Virus record (IMG/VR): IMGVR_UViG_3300048576_000363
Coordinates: 1-64,000 of that record
DNA: 64,000 nucleotides
Origin: an uncultured virus (IMG/VR IMGVR_UViG_3300048576_000363)
Taxonomy: Duplodnaviria > Heunggongvirae > Uroviricota > Caudoviricetes
Direction: 5' to 3' (one strand)
Shown: positions 20,524-30,212 of the stretch, in pieces
How positions within the stretch are numbered: the stretch's first letter is position 1
Layout of the letters: the number at the start of each line of letters is the position of its first letter
Notes under the pieces: generated by a model
What the model was told of the DNA's origin: nothing
Database searches by the model: none
The model's input: only the letters and a program-made list of their open reading frames with translations
Program-made: the position numbers and the translations under genes

Positions 20524-21753
20524 TTATTGATCTGGGTATTGACGTGTAACACGAGGCCAAGCACTAGGATATACTTGATATGCGTCTATTGAAGGAGTTA
20601 TTTGCAAACCTATTTGATGATTACTGTTCATCATTCTTTCATCATACTGACTTGATTCATAATGTTCTTCTGTTACATAATTTAATCCGTTTTTAAAACT
20701 ATCATCACCATACCCGTAATTGACTCTACGCAATTCAGAAATTAAAGGTACATGAATTTCCCAATCGACTTCGACAGAAAAACTTATACTTCCTGTGTAA
20801 CTATATTCTTCAGGTATTTCAACCTCTAAATCTTCGCTTTCTCCGGGCAAACCAAAATTTTGTATTGAAATTCCTTCATTAGCCAAAGAATCTTGATATT
20901 CAGCCCACAAAGAAGTTACTACATAATCTATAACTCTTTCTTGTTGATCAGAATCCTGTGCTATTCCCATTATATCTACATCTAACAACCAACGACCACC
21001 ATAAACTTTCGATGTAGTTGTGTTTTCTTTTTCTACAACAACAACTTGTTCATCTCCAACTTTTAATCTATCACCAAAAGCAAGAACAACTCCAGGAATT
21101 GCTGTGTTGTTTACGTTGTAATATGATGTAGTAAAAGGTCCAAGTTGTTTTGAACAAACTTTATAATCAACAACTATAGGTTCATAACCTGTGACAGCGT
21201 TATTAAATAAAATTTCCCCAGTTTCGTAATTGATTGTATAATCAATGTCTCTTTTAAACTCAAACTGACCAAAGTGAGAAAATATTATTTCTGAACCTGG
21301 ATTCACAGGAAAGTTTTTTAAAACAGCACCTTGTTGCGCTCTTATAACAGTTAATTCTAGTTGTTCGTCAGTACATGCAAGATAAGGATCTATAACAAAA
21401 GTAAAATCATTCGTGTCAGGCTCGTGACCTGTCACTCGAACAATATAGAAACCTTGGGGTGATAACTTATCAAGGTTTTCTTGATCATCTCGCACCCATT
21501 CTATTGAATTTCCTGATGTTCCTTTAAGATTAGCTAACGAACAATAACCACGATTAATTCCAATAAAATTATCTAAACTTAATTTTTGTGAACCTCCCGA
21601 GACAGACCGAATAATAATAGCTGTCTTAGGACGTTCTTCTTGTGGAAATTTTGTGTAAACTTTTGTTTTTTCAAAAATAGGGTGCTTTGCAAGAATATCT
21701 TGAAAAATCAAAACAAATCTTTTTTTGATAGCATTACTTACTAAAAAAACCAT
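20524..21753 (-). CDS. Putative tail terminator / tail completion protein with inserted beta-domain
   Basis: VYTKFPQEERPKTAIIIRS start and a C-terminal half typical of terminator folds; DYTINYETGEILF insertion. Position upstream of the sheath. Confidence 0.45.
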   Translation of the reverse strand: MVFLVSNAIKKRFVLIFQDILAKHPIFEKTKVYTKFPQEERPKTAIIIRSVSGGSQKLSLDNFIGINRGYCSLANLKGTSGNSIEWVRDDQENLDKLSPQGFYIVRVTGHEPDTNDFTFVIDPYLACTDEQLELTVIRAQQGAVLKNFPVNPGSEIIFSHFGQFEFKRDIDYTINYETGEILFNNAVTGYEPIVVDYKVCSKQLGPFTTSYYNVNNTAIPGVVLAFGDRLKVGDEQVVVVEKENTTTSKVYGGRWLLDVDIMGIAQDSDQQERVIDYVVTSLWAEYQDSLANEGISIQNFGLPGESEDLEVEIPEEYSYTGSISFSVEVDWEIHVPLISELRRVNYGYGDDSFKNGLNYVTEEHYESSQYDERMMNSNHQIGLQITPSIDAYQVYPSAWPRVTRQYPDQ

Positions 21754-21786
21754 TTTAAATTCTCTTTCTTCAAAGCACCCTAAAAT

Positions 21787-22149
21787 TTATTGTTCGTTAT
21801 TGTCTAGAACAAATCTGTTCACAGCAAAAACACCAACATCTTCACCTGTTTGTTCTTGAATGCCAATAAAACCTGGTATGTTATCTTCAGCAACAACATA
21901 TTTACGTCCTTTAAAAAGAGGTCCAAAATTGTCAACACATACGACAGTGTCACCCTCTTCTATAAGTTTAGCTTCTTTTTCTTGACTTGCTTTCTTGTCA
22001 ACACTTTCTATAGCAGTATCAAGTTCCTCATCAGTAAGTGTTGTTGCAAGGTGTTTAGCAATAGCTTCTAAATCTTTTGACATTTCAGGATCAATGTCTT
22101 TTGATTGTGAAGCAACTTTTGATAATTCATTTAACATATCTTGTTTCAT
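21787..22149 (-). CDS. Hypothetical protein (SH3-like C-terminus possible)
   Basis: AGGAG RBS; IEEGDTVVCVD...KGRKYVV pattern. Confidence 0.55.
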   Translation of the reverse strand: MKQDMLNELSKVASQSKDIDPEMSKDLEAIAKHLATTLTDEELDTAIESVDKKASQEKEAKLIEEGDTVVCVDNFGPLFKGRKYVVAEDNIPGFIGIQEQTGEDVGVFAVNRFVLDNNEQ

Positions 22150-22158
22150 GACTTCTCC

Positions 22159-23256
22159 TTATTTTGAGTTAATCATTGCATTTAAGAGACAACCCTCAGC
22201 AACAGCATTTAACTGATCTTTTGCTTTTTTTATCTCTTTAATTTTAAATGGCAATGACCTTGACATTATTTCTTGTTCAAATAGTTTATCAAAATTTATA
22301 GCTTTTGAAGTTCCACCGCTTATAACAATTTTTATAGGTGAGTCGAAATTAGGTATATTCGTAGAATTGTTTAGTTTCTTATCAATACCTTCGCAAACAT
22401 ATTTTATTAAATTTTCATAATAAATTTTAATTGCTGTTTCTTCTCTGTTTTTTGGGTTTAGCAAGTCTACTCCTGCTTCTTTGATGACAGTAATTCTTGA
22501 AGACTTTAAACCCACAGCTTCAGCTGCACAAGAATCAATAAAATCTCCACCTCTTGCTAAAGAAAATTGATGTTCTTGTTCTGTTATACCACTAAATGCC
22601 AAACAAACATTTGTCATTCCTGCACCCCATGATATAGCTAAACCACTATAATCTTCTTCTTCAAGATTAGAAAAAATTATTGCTAAAGCTTCATTCATAG
22701 GCACAGCATTAAAACCAAAAGATGTTATAAAAGATTTTAAAACATTTTCATGATAAACAACATTATAATCATCTTTGTCAATAGGTTTTGCAGGGACAGA
22801 AAAATAACAATTTTCTTTTTCGACAACAGGTTCGCCCAATAAACTTTTTAAAATTAATTTAATTATTGAAAGTGCAGATTTTTCTCTTGTAGAAATCACA
22901 CCATGTGATAAAGGTCTTTTACACTCTTTATTAAAAAAATCAGCGAAACGCAATGCTTCATTTCCAACAATTTGCAACAAATTTTTTGAATTTTCACACT
23001 CGATATAACTTACGTTCATTTTTGAAAGCATTGACATTGTAGAAATACTTTTTTCAATCTCAAAAAATGCATCACGTTCTAACTTAAAAGAAGCAATATT
23101 ACTTCTAGAAATAGCTGCAACACAATTACCAGTTCCCACATCTAGACCACTCGCTGGAAATCTATCTATAGCTTCTTTCCTTCTTATTCTTTTTATCTCT
23201 TGTTCATCTTTTTTAACTTCTTGTTCATCTTTTTTGTTTTCAAGATCAATCTCCAT
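22159..23256 (-). CDS. Actin-fold ATPase, volactin-like
   Basis: All actin-superfamily motifs present: phosphate-1 GLDVGTGN, connect-1 NEALAI, phosphate-2 SWGAGMTNV, RGGDFID, adenosine ISGGTS, connect-2 AVAEG. Confidence 0.9.
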   Translation of the reverse strand: MEIDLENKKDEQEVKKDEQEIKRIRRKEAIDRFPASGLDVGTGNCVAAISRSNIASFKLERDAFFEIEKSISTMSMLSKMNVSYIECENSKNLLQIVGNEALRFADFFNKECKRPLSHGVISTREKSALSIIKLILKSLLGEPVVEKENCYFSVPAKPIDKDDYNVVYHENVLKSFITSFGFNAVPMNEALAIIFSNLEEEDYSGLAISWGAGMTNVCLAFSGITEQEHQFSLARGGDFIDSCAAEAVGLKSSRITVIKEAGVDLLNPKNREETAIKIYYENLIKYVCEGIDKKLNNSTNIPNFDSPIKIVISGGTSKAINFDKLFEQEIMSRSLPFKIKEIKKAKDQLNAVAEGCLLNAMINSK

Positions 23257-24205
23257 AAAAAAACTCCTGTCTTAAATCTGGGTAAAATTTTTCTTTATAA
23301 GAGTACATAATTTGTTTTAATTCGTTGTCTTTTTCGATTTTTTCTTTTAAATTAAAGTTTGATGAAACAATTTGCTCAGATTTGATTGAAGAATTTATTC
23401 TTCTAATATCTTGAATTTTTTTAAAATTTTGAAGCATTAATTTAATAGACAAAATGCACCAATCTATATTACTATCTATGACGCTTTGCCAAAAACGTAA
23501 AACTACAAAACCATTATCATTTAACGTTTTTGTGACAAACTCATCTCTTTCTCTAATTTGCTTTGCTGTATATCTTCCTATTCTTTGACTTGAGTCACAT
23601 TTTTTAGGGTTTGCATGCCAAAAATCACCATCAACAAGTATTACTATTTTTTTCTCTATGTCAAGTTCATCTAAAGAAAACCTTTTTTTATCAATAGAAA
23701 CCCATTGTTCAGTCAAAAAATTGTTTTCTGGAAAATAAGAATTAATAACAGCTTTTAATCTTCTGTGAGGTGAAGTAAAATAATTTGTTTTCACACTCTT
23801 TTTATTTTTTTGTTTAAAACATTTTTCACATATGTTACTATGACTATATTTTTTTATTTTTGTTTTTTCATTACAAACTTTACAAAAAACTTCTTTTTCA
23901 CCATCGCGTTGCTTCTTTATTTTGTTTTTATACTCATTATTATTTTTCTTACAAGTATCACAATATTTAGAACAAGAAAAAAAATTAACATTTATTTCAT
24001 TTGAACAACCAAGACAAAATATTTTTTTTGTTTCTTTTTTGTGACAATTTATAAATTTACTTTGACTTTTGTTCTCATACAAATTTTTAACAATATCTTG
24101 ATATTCAACAGTTTTCTTACAGTTGTCACAAAAATACCAAGAATAGAATTTTTTTACCTCTATGTCATTATCGCAAATTCTACATTTTTTTTTTACAAAT
24201 TCCAT
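23246..24205 (-). CDS. Zn-finger plus Vsr/DUF559-like endonuclease (putative free-standing homing endonuclease)
   Basis: Three N-terminal CxxC...CxxC repeats, then LD...VILVDGDFWH...RD...GFVVLRFW. Confidence 0.75.
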   Translation of the reverse strand: MEFVKKKCRICDNDIEVKKFYSWYFCDNCKKTVEYQDIVKNLYENKSQSKFINCHKKETKKIFCLGCSNEINVNFFSCSKYCDTCKKNNNEYKNKIKKQRDGEKEVFCKVCNEKTKIKKYSHSNICEKCFKQKNKKSVKTNYFTSPHRRLKAVINSYFPENNFLTEQWVSIDKKRFSLDELDIEKKIVILVDGDFWHANPKKCDSSQRIGRYTAKQIRERDEFVTKTLNDNGFVVLRFWQSVIDSNIDWCILSIKLMLQNFKKIQDIRRINSSIKSEQIVSSNFNLKEKIEKDNELKQIMYSYKEKFYPDLRQEFFYGD

Positions 24206-24399
24206 TAATTTTGCCTTTTAAAAATCTCTAAAGTATCTATAGGATTTCCTTTATCGAATTTTTCCCTAGTTTTTAAACCCTCAGGAATTTCTTTTTCAAA
24301 AAAATCTTGCTCTAATAAAAACTGTGAAACATCACCTTGTTGTGATCTTGAAACACTTGCTTTAATTGATTCTTTTATTATTTTTTCAAAATTAATCAT
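24205..24399 (-). CDS. Hypothetical protein
   Basis: Overlaps the start/stop codons of both neighbours. Confidence 0.5.
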   Translation of the reverse strand: MINFEKIIKESIKASVSRSQQGDVSQFLLEQDFFEKEIPEGLKTREKFDKGNPIDTLEIFKRQN

Positions 24400-25043
24400 A
24401 TTTTGTTATCTTTTTTTAGTTTTTTAATTTTCTCTAAAGAACTAGTGAGATCAGATTTTTCTTGTTTTTCAATTCCTATATTACTCATATTTGCTGTTAT
24501 TCCAGCTTCTTCATCTTTAAAATCTATAAAAATAGTTTCAGAACTGCTATCAATCTTTATATCTTTACCAGAGGTATGTGGTACATTTAGTTGTTCTATT
24601 TTAATATTGTCTTTAATTTCTGTGACCATCTCTTTTGCAAGTTCTTTAGCAATCTCTTTCACTAAAGGACTATTTCTGATCATTTCTTCAGCCATAGTTT
24701 GGGCCATTGTTTTTGCAATATTAACTATTTCGTTTTGAGATATATTTTGAGAACTTTCTTGAGTAGCAATTGTTTTTTTTGCTACAGTTTTATTGTAAAC
24801 AACTTCAACCCAGTTTCTACTTATTGCATTTTTTAAATCTCTAGAACTTTTTGCTTCAAATTCTGTCAAGAAAACTTCTTTACCACACTCGACAACTTTC
24901 CTAATATCACTAAGACGTACTGCAGTAAGAATTTTCCCTCTTATAATCATATAAATGTCATCTTCCTGTTTCATAACTGGTGGTTTCCAAACACGTCTCA
25001 TTAAGTGCTGCTGAAAGCTCATAAACCAACTTCTCAAACTCAT
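24396..25043 (-). CDS. Hypothetical protein
   Basis: 215-aa ORF co-oriented in the operon; helical middle, amphipathic basic C-terminal helix. Confidence 0.6.
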   Translation of the reverse strand: MSLRSWFMSFQQHLMRRVWKPPVMKQEDDIYMIIRGKILTAVRLSDIRKVVECGKEVFLTEFEAKSSRDLKNAISRNWVEVVYNKTVAKKTIATQESSQNISQNEIVNIAKTMAQTMAEEMIRNSPLVKEIAKELAKEMVTEIKDNIKIEQLNVPHTSGKDIKIDSSSETIFIDFKDEEAGITANMSNIGIEKQEKSDLTSSLEKIKKLKKDNKI

Positions 25044-25059
25044 GTTATTCTAGCAATTC

Positions 25060-25428
25060 TTAGATTAGTTTCTTTATAGCATCTTGAATTTGCTTTCCAG
25101 CTTGCTCTTGCGTTCTCTCCATAGCCCTATTTATACCTGCTGTAGAGAACTCTTGTTTACTCATTTCTTGATTTAATAATTCTATTGGTATTTTTTCAAA
25201 ACCTTTTAAAACTGTTCTTGCTTGATCTGCTGGAATATCTTCAGATTCTATTTTCTCTTGCTTAGGCTCTACAACAAAAGTCACTTTATTTTTATCTATC
25301 GTATAAGTAACTTTTGCTTCTTGCCCTTCTTTGCTAAGCTCTGATTGAATGTTATTCATTCCCTTGATAGCAATTGTTCGCATACCAAAGTCGAATTTTT
25401 TCTTAACCATCTTTTTCAAGCTTATCAT
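25060..25428 (-). CDS. Hypothetical protein
   Basis: 122-aa ORF co-oriented in the operon. Confidence 0.55.
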   Translation of the reverse strand: MISLKKMVKKKFDFGMRTIAIKGMNNIQSELSKEGQEAKVTYTIDKNKVTFVVEPKQEKIESEDIPADQARTVLKGFEKIPIELLNQEMSKQEFSTAGINRAMERTQEQAGKQIQDAIKKLI

Positions 25429-25452
25429 TTAGTTCTTTATTTTATAAATTTT

Positions 25453-28400
25453 TTAGAAAACTCTATTTTGTGTTTCTAATAGTTTATTTATCACAGAAAG
25501 ATTTGTTTTTGCAGCGTCAAAATTCGGATTTATAGAAAGAGCACTCTTAAACATACGCACTGCTTTTAAAAAATTGTTTCTACTTGCAAGTTCAATACCT
25601 TTTTCATTATATACTATCTCTAATAAACCTGTTGAAATCATTTCATCTTTGTTCATCTTTAAACACTTTTCAAAAATCACTATTGCTTCATCATATTTTT
25701 TTAAAGTGCTACAACAGTATCCAAAATCTGTCATTGTCTTGAAATCTGTTGTCTTGTAAGCTATCTTTTTAAATTCACAATATGCATCCTCATACTTATG
25801 TTGTTTTGCATAACAAATGCCAAGATGTTTCACAGCATATTCAGTTTCTTTTATTTCAATAGATTCTTTAAATTTCTGTTCAGCTTGCTTATAATCTTCT
25901 AACAAGTTAAAAACTGTGCCTAAATGAGATAAAGCATCAACATTCTTAGGATCATGTTCAAGTAATTTTCTCCAAATAACTATAGATTCATCATAATTAT
26001 TAAGAACCATATATTGCGTACCAAGTTCATAAAGTGCTTTCTCATCATTTGTCGTAAGAGCTTTCTCTTTTCCAAGTTTCAAATACAATTCATTTTTTGA
26101 AGAATTAAATTTTGAATAATGATGTATTGGTATATCGCACAAATCTATTTCGATTTCAAGCTCATTTATTGATTGCTCGACAAGTTCATGTACTTGACCA
26201 TAAAACATAATTTTTTTATTTGTCGGGAATAACCGTACTTTGTCAGAACGACACCAACCTACATAATTCTTTTCTTCGTCTTTATATTCACCCGTGTTTA
26301 TATTTACACCTTCAGCATCTCTTGTTTTCACATAATTTCTTGTCGAAAAAACATAAGCTTTCTGCTCGCCTTTAAGCAAACTTCTTAATTTATCAAGATC
26401 AATACTGCTTATAATCTCATCAGCATCTAACACTAAAGTCCATGCTTGTGTTGCTTGTGATAAAGAAAAATTTCTTGCAGCAGAAAAATCATCAATCCAT
26501 TCAAAATGGAAAATTTTTGCACCATACTGCTTTGCTATTTTAATAGTATCATCTGTAGATCCTGTATCTACAACAATAATTTCTGATGCTATTGTTTTTA
26601 TAGAACTCAAACAATTTGCTAAACAATTTTCTTCATTTTTCACAATCATGCAAACAGAAAGTCGCTCTTTTTGCATATCCCAATAATTTGCATATAGTTT
26701 ATGCAGAACCCCCTCTAGCGCATCAATACTATTGTGCCATAGGTATTCATTAGCAGTTTTCAGGCCTCCCTCGACCAAACGAGAGTAAAGGATGTTGTTT
26801 GAAAAAAGAAGTTTAAGAGCATGCTGAATTGCTGTACTGTCAGATGAATTAATGACTAACGAATTTTTTCCGTTTTGTGCATAATCATTACCTCCACAAT
26901 CCGTAGTAATAACTGGAGTTCCACATGCCATAGATTCTAAAGGTGGTAAACTAAAACCTTCAACTTTTAAAGGTGCATTTATAGTGACATCACAAGAAGA
27001 ATATACTTCAGCGATCTGTTCTTGAGTCATTTTTGACATATCATGAAATTCACAACCTTCATCAAATTTTGTCTTCTCTGAAGCTAAACGTACTATTACA
27101 CCCTTTGAAGTTTTCAAATACTGTCTTACAGCATCAAGAGCTATTTTTACTCCCTTAAATTCTAAATTATAGTTACTTACAATCAAAATTCTAGCGTTTT
27201 TATTTCTACTATGAGATTTTAGCGGGAAAACATATTCGTTTATTCCATTTGGAATAAAATAACAATTGACTCCAAATTCTTTATCAAGAATAGACTTTAG
27301 CCATTTTGAAACTGCAAATTTGACATTTACACTTCTATAACTATCTTTAATTGTTTGGATTAAAGCTTGACAATCATTTTCAGAATATAATAATGCTTCA
27401 TAACCCTGCGAAAAATGTATTTTCACTTTAGCTTTTATTTTTTCAAGTACTTTTAATGTCGTAAAATATGTACCTATTGCAATATCACACTCAGGTATAT
27501 CAGAAATTTCTTTGAAATAAAAAATGGGTGCATGTAAACCAAACCAAGTATCTAACTCATTTTTGTTGCACCAGATTGAGACATTGTAACCTCTATCTTT
27601 TAATCTGTTTGCATGTTCAAATATAACTTTCACGCCACCAGAAGGACCATTAGAAGCAAGTACGTATATTATAGAAAAATCTTCTTTTTTGTTCTGTATT
27701 AATCTTATTCGTCCTGTGTTGTACCATTTTTCTATATAAAGTTTTTTACTTTTTTCAAAGACTACATTATAAGAAGGTTGTTTAAATCTTTCACTGAATG
27801 ATTTTCCACCATAATGATAAACAAGAACACCAAGAGCACAATAAAGTTTATATCCTTTCTCTATTGCACGCAAACCTAAGTCGTCATCTTCAAAATTAAA
27901 CTCAAATCTTTCATCAAAAATACCAGACCTATCTAGTACTTCTTTTTTTGTAACCATACAGAAACCAATTAATCTATTTGTTTCAACAGATTTTTCACCA
28001 TTTTCTCTCCAAACTTTTTCAGAAAAAACTTCAATAGGTGAATTGTTTTCTACATCTAAAGGCTGAAAGTAATCAAAAGGTATTTGTTGAACTTCAGATG
28101 ATACATAGTTTGAGACAGGTCCTACAATTCCTGCATTATTTTTTTCTAAGCAATCAATCAACCTTGTCAACCAGTTTTGTGTAACAATAGTATCACTATT
28201 TAAAAAACAAATATATTTTGAGTTCGACTCTCTAATTGCTTGATTGTTAGCATAACCAAAACCGTAATTTTTACTATTTGTAATTAATTTTACTTGTAAA
28301 GTTTTTAAATAGTTTTTAGTTTCAATATTTGAACAATTATCAACAATAGTTATTTTATAGGGAAAATCTGTATTTTTTACAATACTGTCAATGCATTTTT

Positions 28401-28455
28401 TAATATGCAACAATGCATTATGCACGACAATAATGATTTCACACTCATTTTTCAT
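25453..28455 (-). CDS. Multidomain glycosyltransferase: GT2 + GT4 + GT2 + TPR
   Basis: GT2 (IVDNCS, FLNSD, EDDDL); GT4 (SGGVKV, EGFSLPPLESMACGTPV); SunS-type GT2 (LSVCMIVKNEE, VDTGSTD, DFSAARN, LDADE, VHE); C-terminal TPRs. Confidence 0.9.
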   Translation of the reverse strand: MKNECEIIIVVHNALLHIKKCIDSIVKNTDFPYKITIVDNCSNIETKNYLKTLQVKLITNSKNYGFGYANNQAIRESNSKYICFLNSDTIVTQNWLTRLIDCLEKNNAGIVGPVSNYVSSEVQQIPFDYFQPLDVENNSPIEVFSEKVWRENGEKSVETNRLIGFCMVTKKEVLDRSGIFDERFEFNFEDDDLGLRAIEKGYKLYCALGVLVYHYGGKSFSERFKQPSYNVVFEKSKKLYIEKWYNTGRIRLIQNKKEDFSIIYVLASNGPSGGVKVIFEHANRLKDRGYNVSIWCNKNELDTWFGLHAPIFYFKEISDIPECDIAIGTYFTTLKVLEKIKAKVKIHFSQGYEALLYSENDCQALIQTIKDSYRSVNVKFAVSKWLKSILDKEFGVNCYFIPNGINEYVFPLKSHSRNKNARILIVSNYNLEFKGVKIALDAVRQYLKTSKGVIVRLASEKTKFDEGCEFHDMSKMTQEQIAEVYSSCDVTINAPLKVEGFSLPPLESMACGTPVITTDCGGNDYAQNGKNSLVINSSDSTAIQHALKLLFSNNILYSRLVEGGLKTANEYLWHNSIDALEGVLHKLYANYWDMQKERLSVCMIVKNEENCLANCLSSIKTIASEIIVVDTGSTDDTIKIAKQYGAKIFHFEWIDDFSAARNFSLSQATQAWTLVLDADEIISSIDLDKLRSLLKGEQKAYVFSTRNYVKTRDAEGVNINTGEYKDEEKNYVGWCRSDKVRLFPTNKKIMFYGQVHELVEQSINELEIEIDLCDIPIHHYSKFNSSKNELYLKLGKEKALTTNDEKALYELGTQYMVLNNYDESIVIWRKLLEHDPKNVDALSHLGTVFNLLEDYKQAEQKFKESIEIKETEYAVKHLGICYAKQHKYEDAYCEFKKIAYKTTDFKTMTDFGYCCSTLKKYDEAIVIFEKCLKMNKDEMISTGLLEIVYNEKGIELASRNNFLKAVRMFKSALSINPNFDAAKTNLSVINKLLETQNRVF

Positions 28456-28463
28456 TTATTTCC

Positions 28464-29045
28464 TCACAAAAGTTTTACTTCGCTCCACTTTAAAACAACT
28501 CTTTTTTTTATATTAGAAAAAATATCGTTTTGTTTACCGTACCAATTTTGAATTATATCAAGACGTTCACAAAACCAAAGTACTCTATTTAAGTTCATTT
28601 GTTCTATTCTTTCAATAAACTCTACATCAATCATTTTTAGTTTTGCATCTTTTACCATAAAGTTTATTATTGTGAAATCATAGTTTATGAAACCTCTATT
28701 CCACATAAATTCAAACAAATCTAATACTTGTTTTATAATTACATCTTTATACTGCTCGTCTGATACTATAACTTTAATTAAATTTTCATAACCTTCTAAT
28801 TCTTCCATAAGCAATAAAATCTTGTTATCTAAAAAAGCAAAATCATATATTTTTACAATATCTTCAACATTATCTATTTTTTTATAATTCTCATAACTCC
28901 CTATAATTTTACTTGCATTCCAAGCATCGGTTCGTGTCTCTTTCAAAAAAAAATTCTGATCTTCAATAAAGACTCTATAAAAAATAGAAAATGGAGTTTT
29001 TAGAACTTCTATTTTTTGACTAATATTAGAGATTTTTATATCCAA
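28464..29045 (-). CDS. Kinase-like protein (protein-kinase fold, Kdo/WaaP/RIO-like)
   Basis: FLKE lysine, LLMEELEG hinge, NYD..IINFMV catalytic loop, MIDVE (DFG equivalent). Confidence 0.6.
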   Translation of the reverse strand: MDIKISNISQKIEVLKTPFSIFYRVFIEDQNFFLKETRTDAWNASKIIGSYENYKKIDNVEDIVKIYDFAFLDNKILLLMEELEGYENLIKVIVSDEQYKDVIIKQVLDLFEFMWNRGFINYDFTIINFMVKDAKLKMIDVEFIERIEQMNLNRVLWFCERLDIIQNWYGKQNDIFSNIKKRVVLKWSEVKLL

Positions 29046-29587
29046 AACTCACCCTCAAAAATTTCATCAAGACCTTCAAGTCTTTTTTTTGTAATTGATG
29101 TTTTTGATTTTATAGCAAAAAAAGCGCCAAAACCTATTTTTTTATGAAAATTAGGAAACACCCAACATTTGTAACCCAATTTGACAAAATCTTCTGGGTA
29201 CCAACCTGATAAATGTGTATGATATTGTTCTTTACACTCATGGATTCCGACAGGTCCTAAAGGTGTAAAAAATATTATTCTGTCGTTTGTCAGTTTTTCA
29301 AGTGTTTTGATTAAAGTAAAACCATCATTTTTTTCTAAATGTTCGATCATATCAAAACATGTCACAAGATTGAAAAATTTCTCTTTTAAAAAAACAGAAA
29401 GTTGAAGAGCATCACCAGCAAAAAATGGCATTGGTGTCGTCTTAAAATCTGACCTGTTTATTTCACTACATAATAAGTTTTTAGAAGTAATAATGTTACT
29501 AAATCTAAATGTCTCACCTGTTCCTACATCAAGATGATTTTCTACGTTCTTAGGTAGAACTGTCTCAAAAGCTTTTAAATAAATCAT
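29036..29587 (-). CDS. Class I SAM-dependent methyltransferase
   Basis: LDVGTG, GDA, CFDMIEHL, FTPLG and H.SGW.PEDF motifs. Confidence 0.8.
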   Translation of the reverse strand: MIYLKAFETVLPKNVENHLDVGTGETFRFSNIITSKNLLCSEINRSDFKTTPMPFFAGDALQLSVFLKEKFFNLVTCFDMIEHLEKNDGFTLIKTLEKLTNDRIIFFTPLGPVGIHECKEQYHTHLSGWYPEDFVKLGYKCWVFPNFHKKIGFGAFFAIKSKTSITKKRLEGLDEIFEGEFWI

Positions 29588-30207
29588 TTTCTCAACACCA
29601 CAACTTTTCTATCACCAAAAGTTCCAGATTTTGTTATTTTTTCTATAGTAAAATATTTTTCTGCTTCTTCTATAAACCTACATTCTGTATAATCTTTTGT
29701 GAAACTATTGTCTTCCCAAGCACCAAGTTGTATTAAATAACTGCTTTCTAGAGGTAGTTCTAAAACAACATATCTAGAAGATAAAGCATCAATCTTTTTG
29801 AATACACTCCAACCTTCGTCTTTATACAAATAATGAAAACAATTTCCTGAAAAAATCATGTCGTATTTTACATTACTTGCAAATTCAGAAAAACTACAGT
29901 TTTTGATTTCAAGATTATTGCAATTTCTTACGTTTTTTATTTGGTTGCATAAATTGACAGCATCAATGTTTTTCTCAATTCCCATGACATACTTTGATTT
30001 TAGCGAATGATAAAACAAAAAGTAGCCTATTGAACTACCAATATCTAAAAAACAATCAAATGAAGAAAACAATATAGGAACTTCTTTTGAAAACACTTCA
30101 ATTCGCAACTTTAACAAACCAAGAGGCTCTAACGTCTTTATGTCATAATAATAGTTTTGAGGATAAGCAGTTTCAAGTAGACGTCTTTGGATTTCTTCTA
30201 ATGACAA
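29584..30207 (-). CDS. Class I SAM-dependent methyltransferase
   Basis: FLDIGSSIGYF, GIE and YDMIF...FHYL motifs. Confidence 0.8.
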   Translation of the reverse strand: MSLEEIQRRLLETAYPQNYYYDIKTLEPLGLLKLRIEVFSKEVPILFSSFDCFLDIGSSIGYFLFYHSLKSKYVMGIEKNIDAVNLCNQIKNVRNCNNLEIKNCSFSEFASNVKYDMIFSGNCFHYLYKDEGWSVFKKIDALSSRYVVLELPLESSYLIQLGAWEDNSFTKDYTECRFIEEAEKYFTIEKITKSGTFGDRKVVVLRK

Positions 30208-30212
30208 GTTTA

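Noticed and set aside
964..21753. Bacterial extracellular contractile injection system or T6SS rather than phage
   Set aside because: Long tape measure, neck/head-adaptor genes, homing endonucleases and many phage-type microgenes favour a phage. Capsid and terminase are not in this window, so this is not fully excluded.
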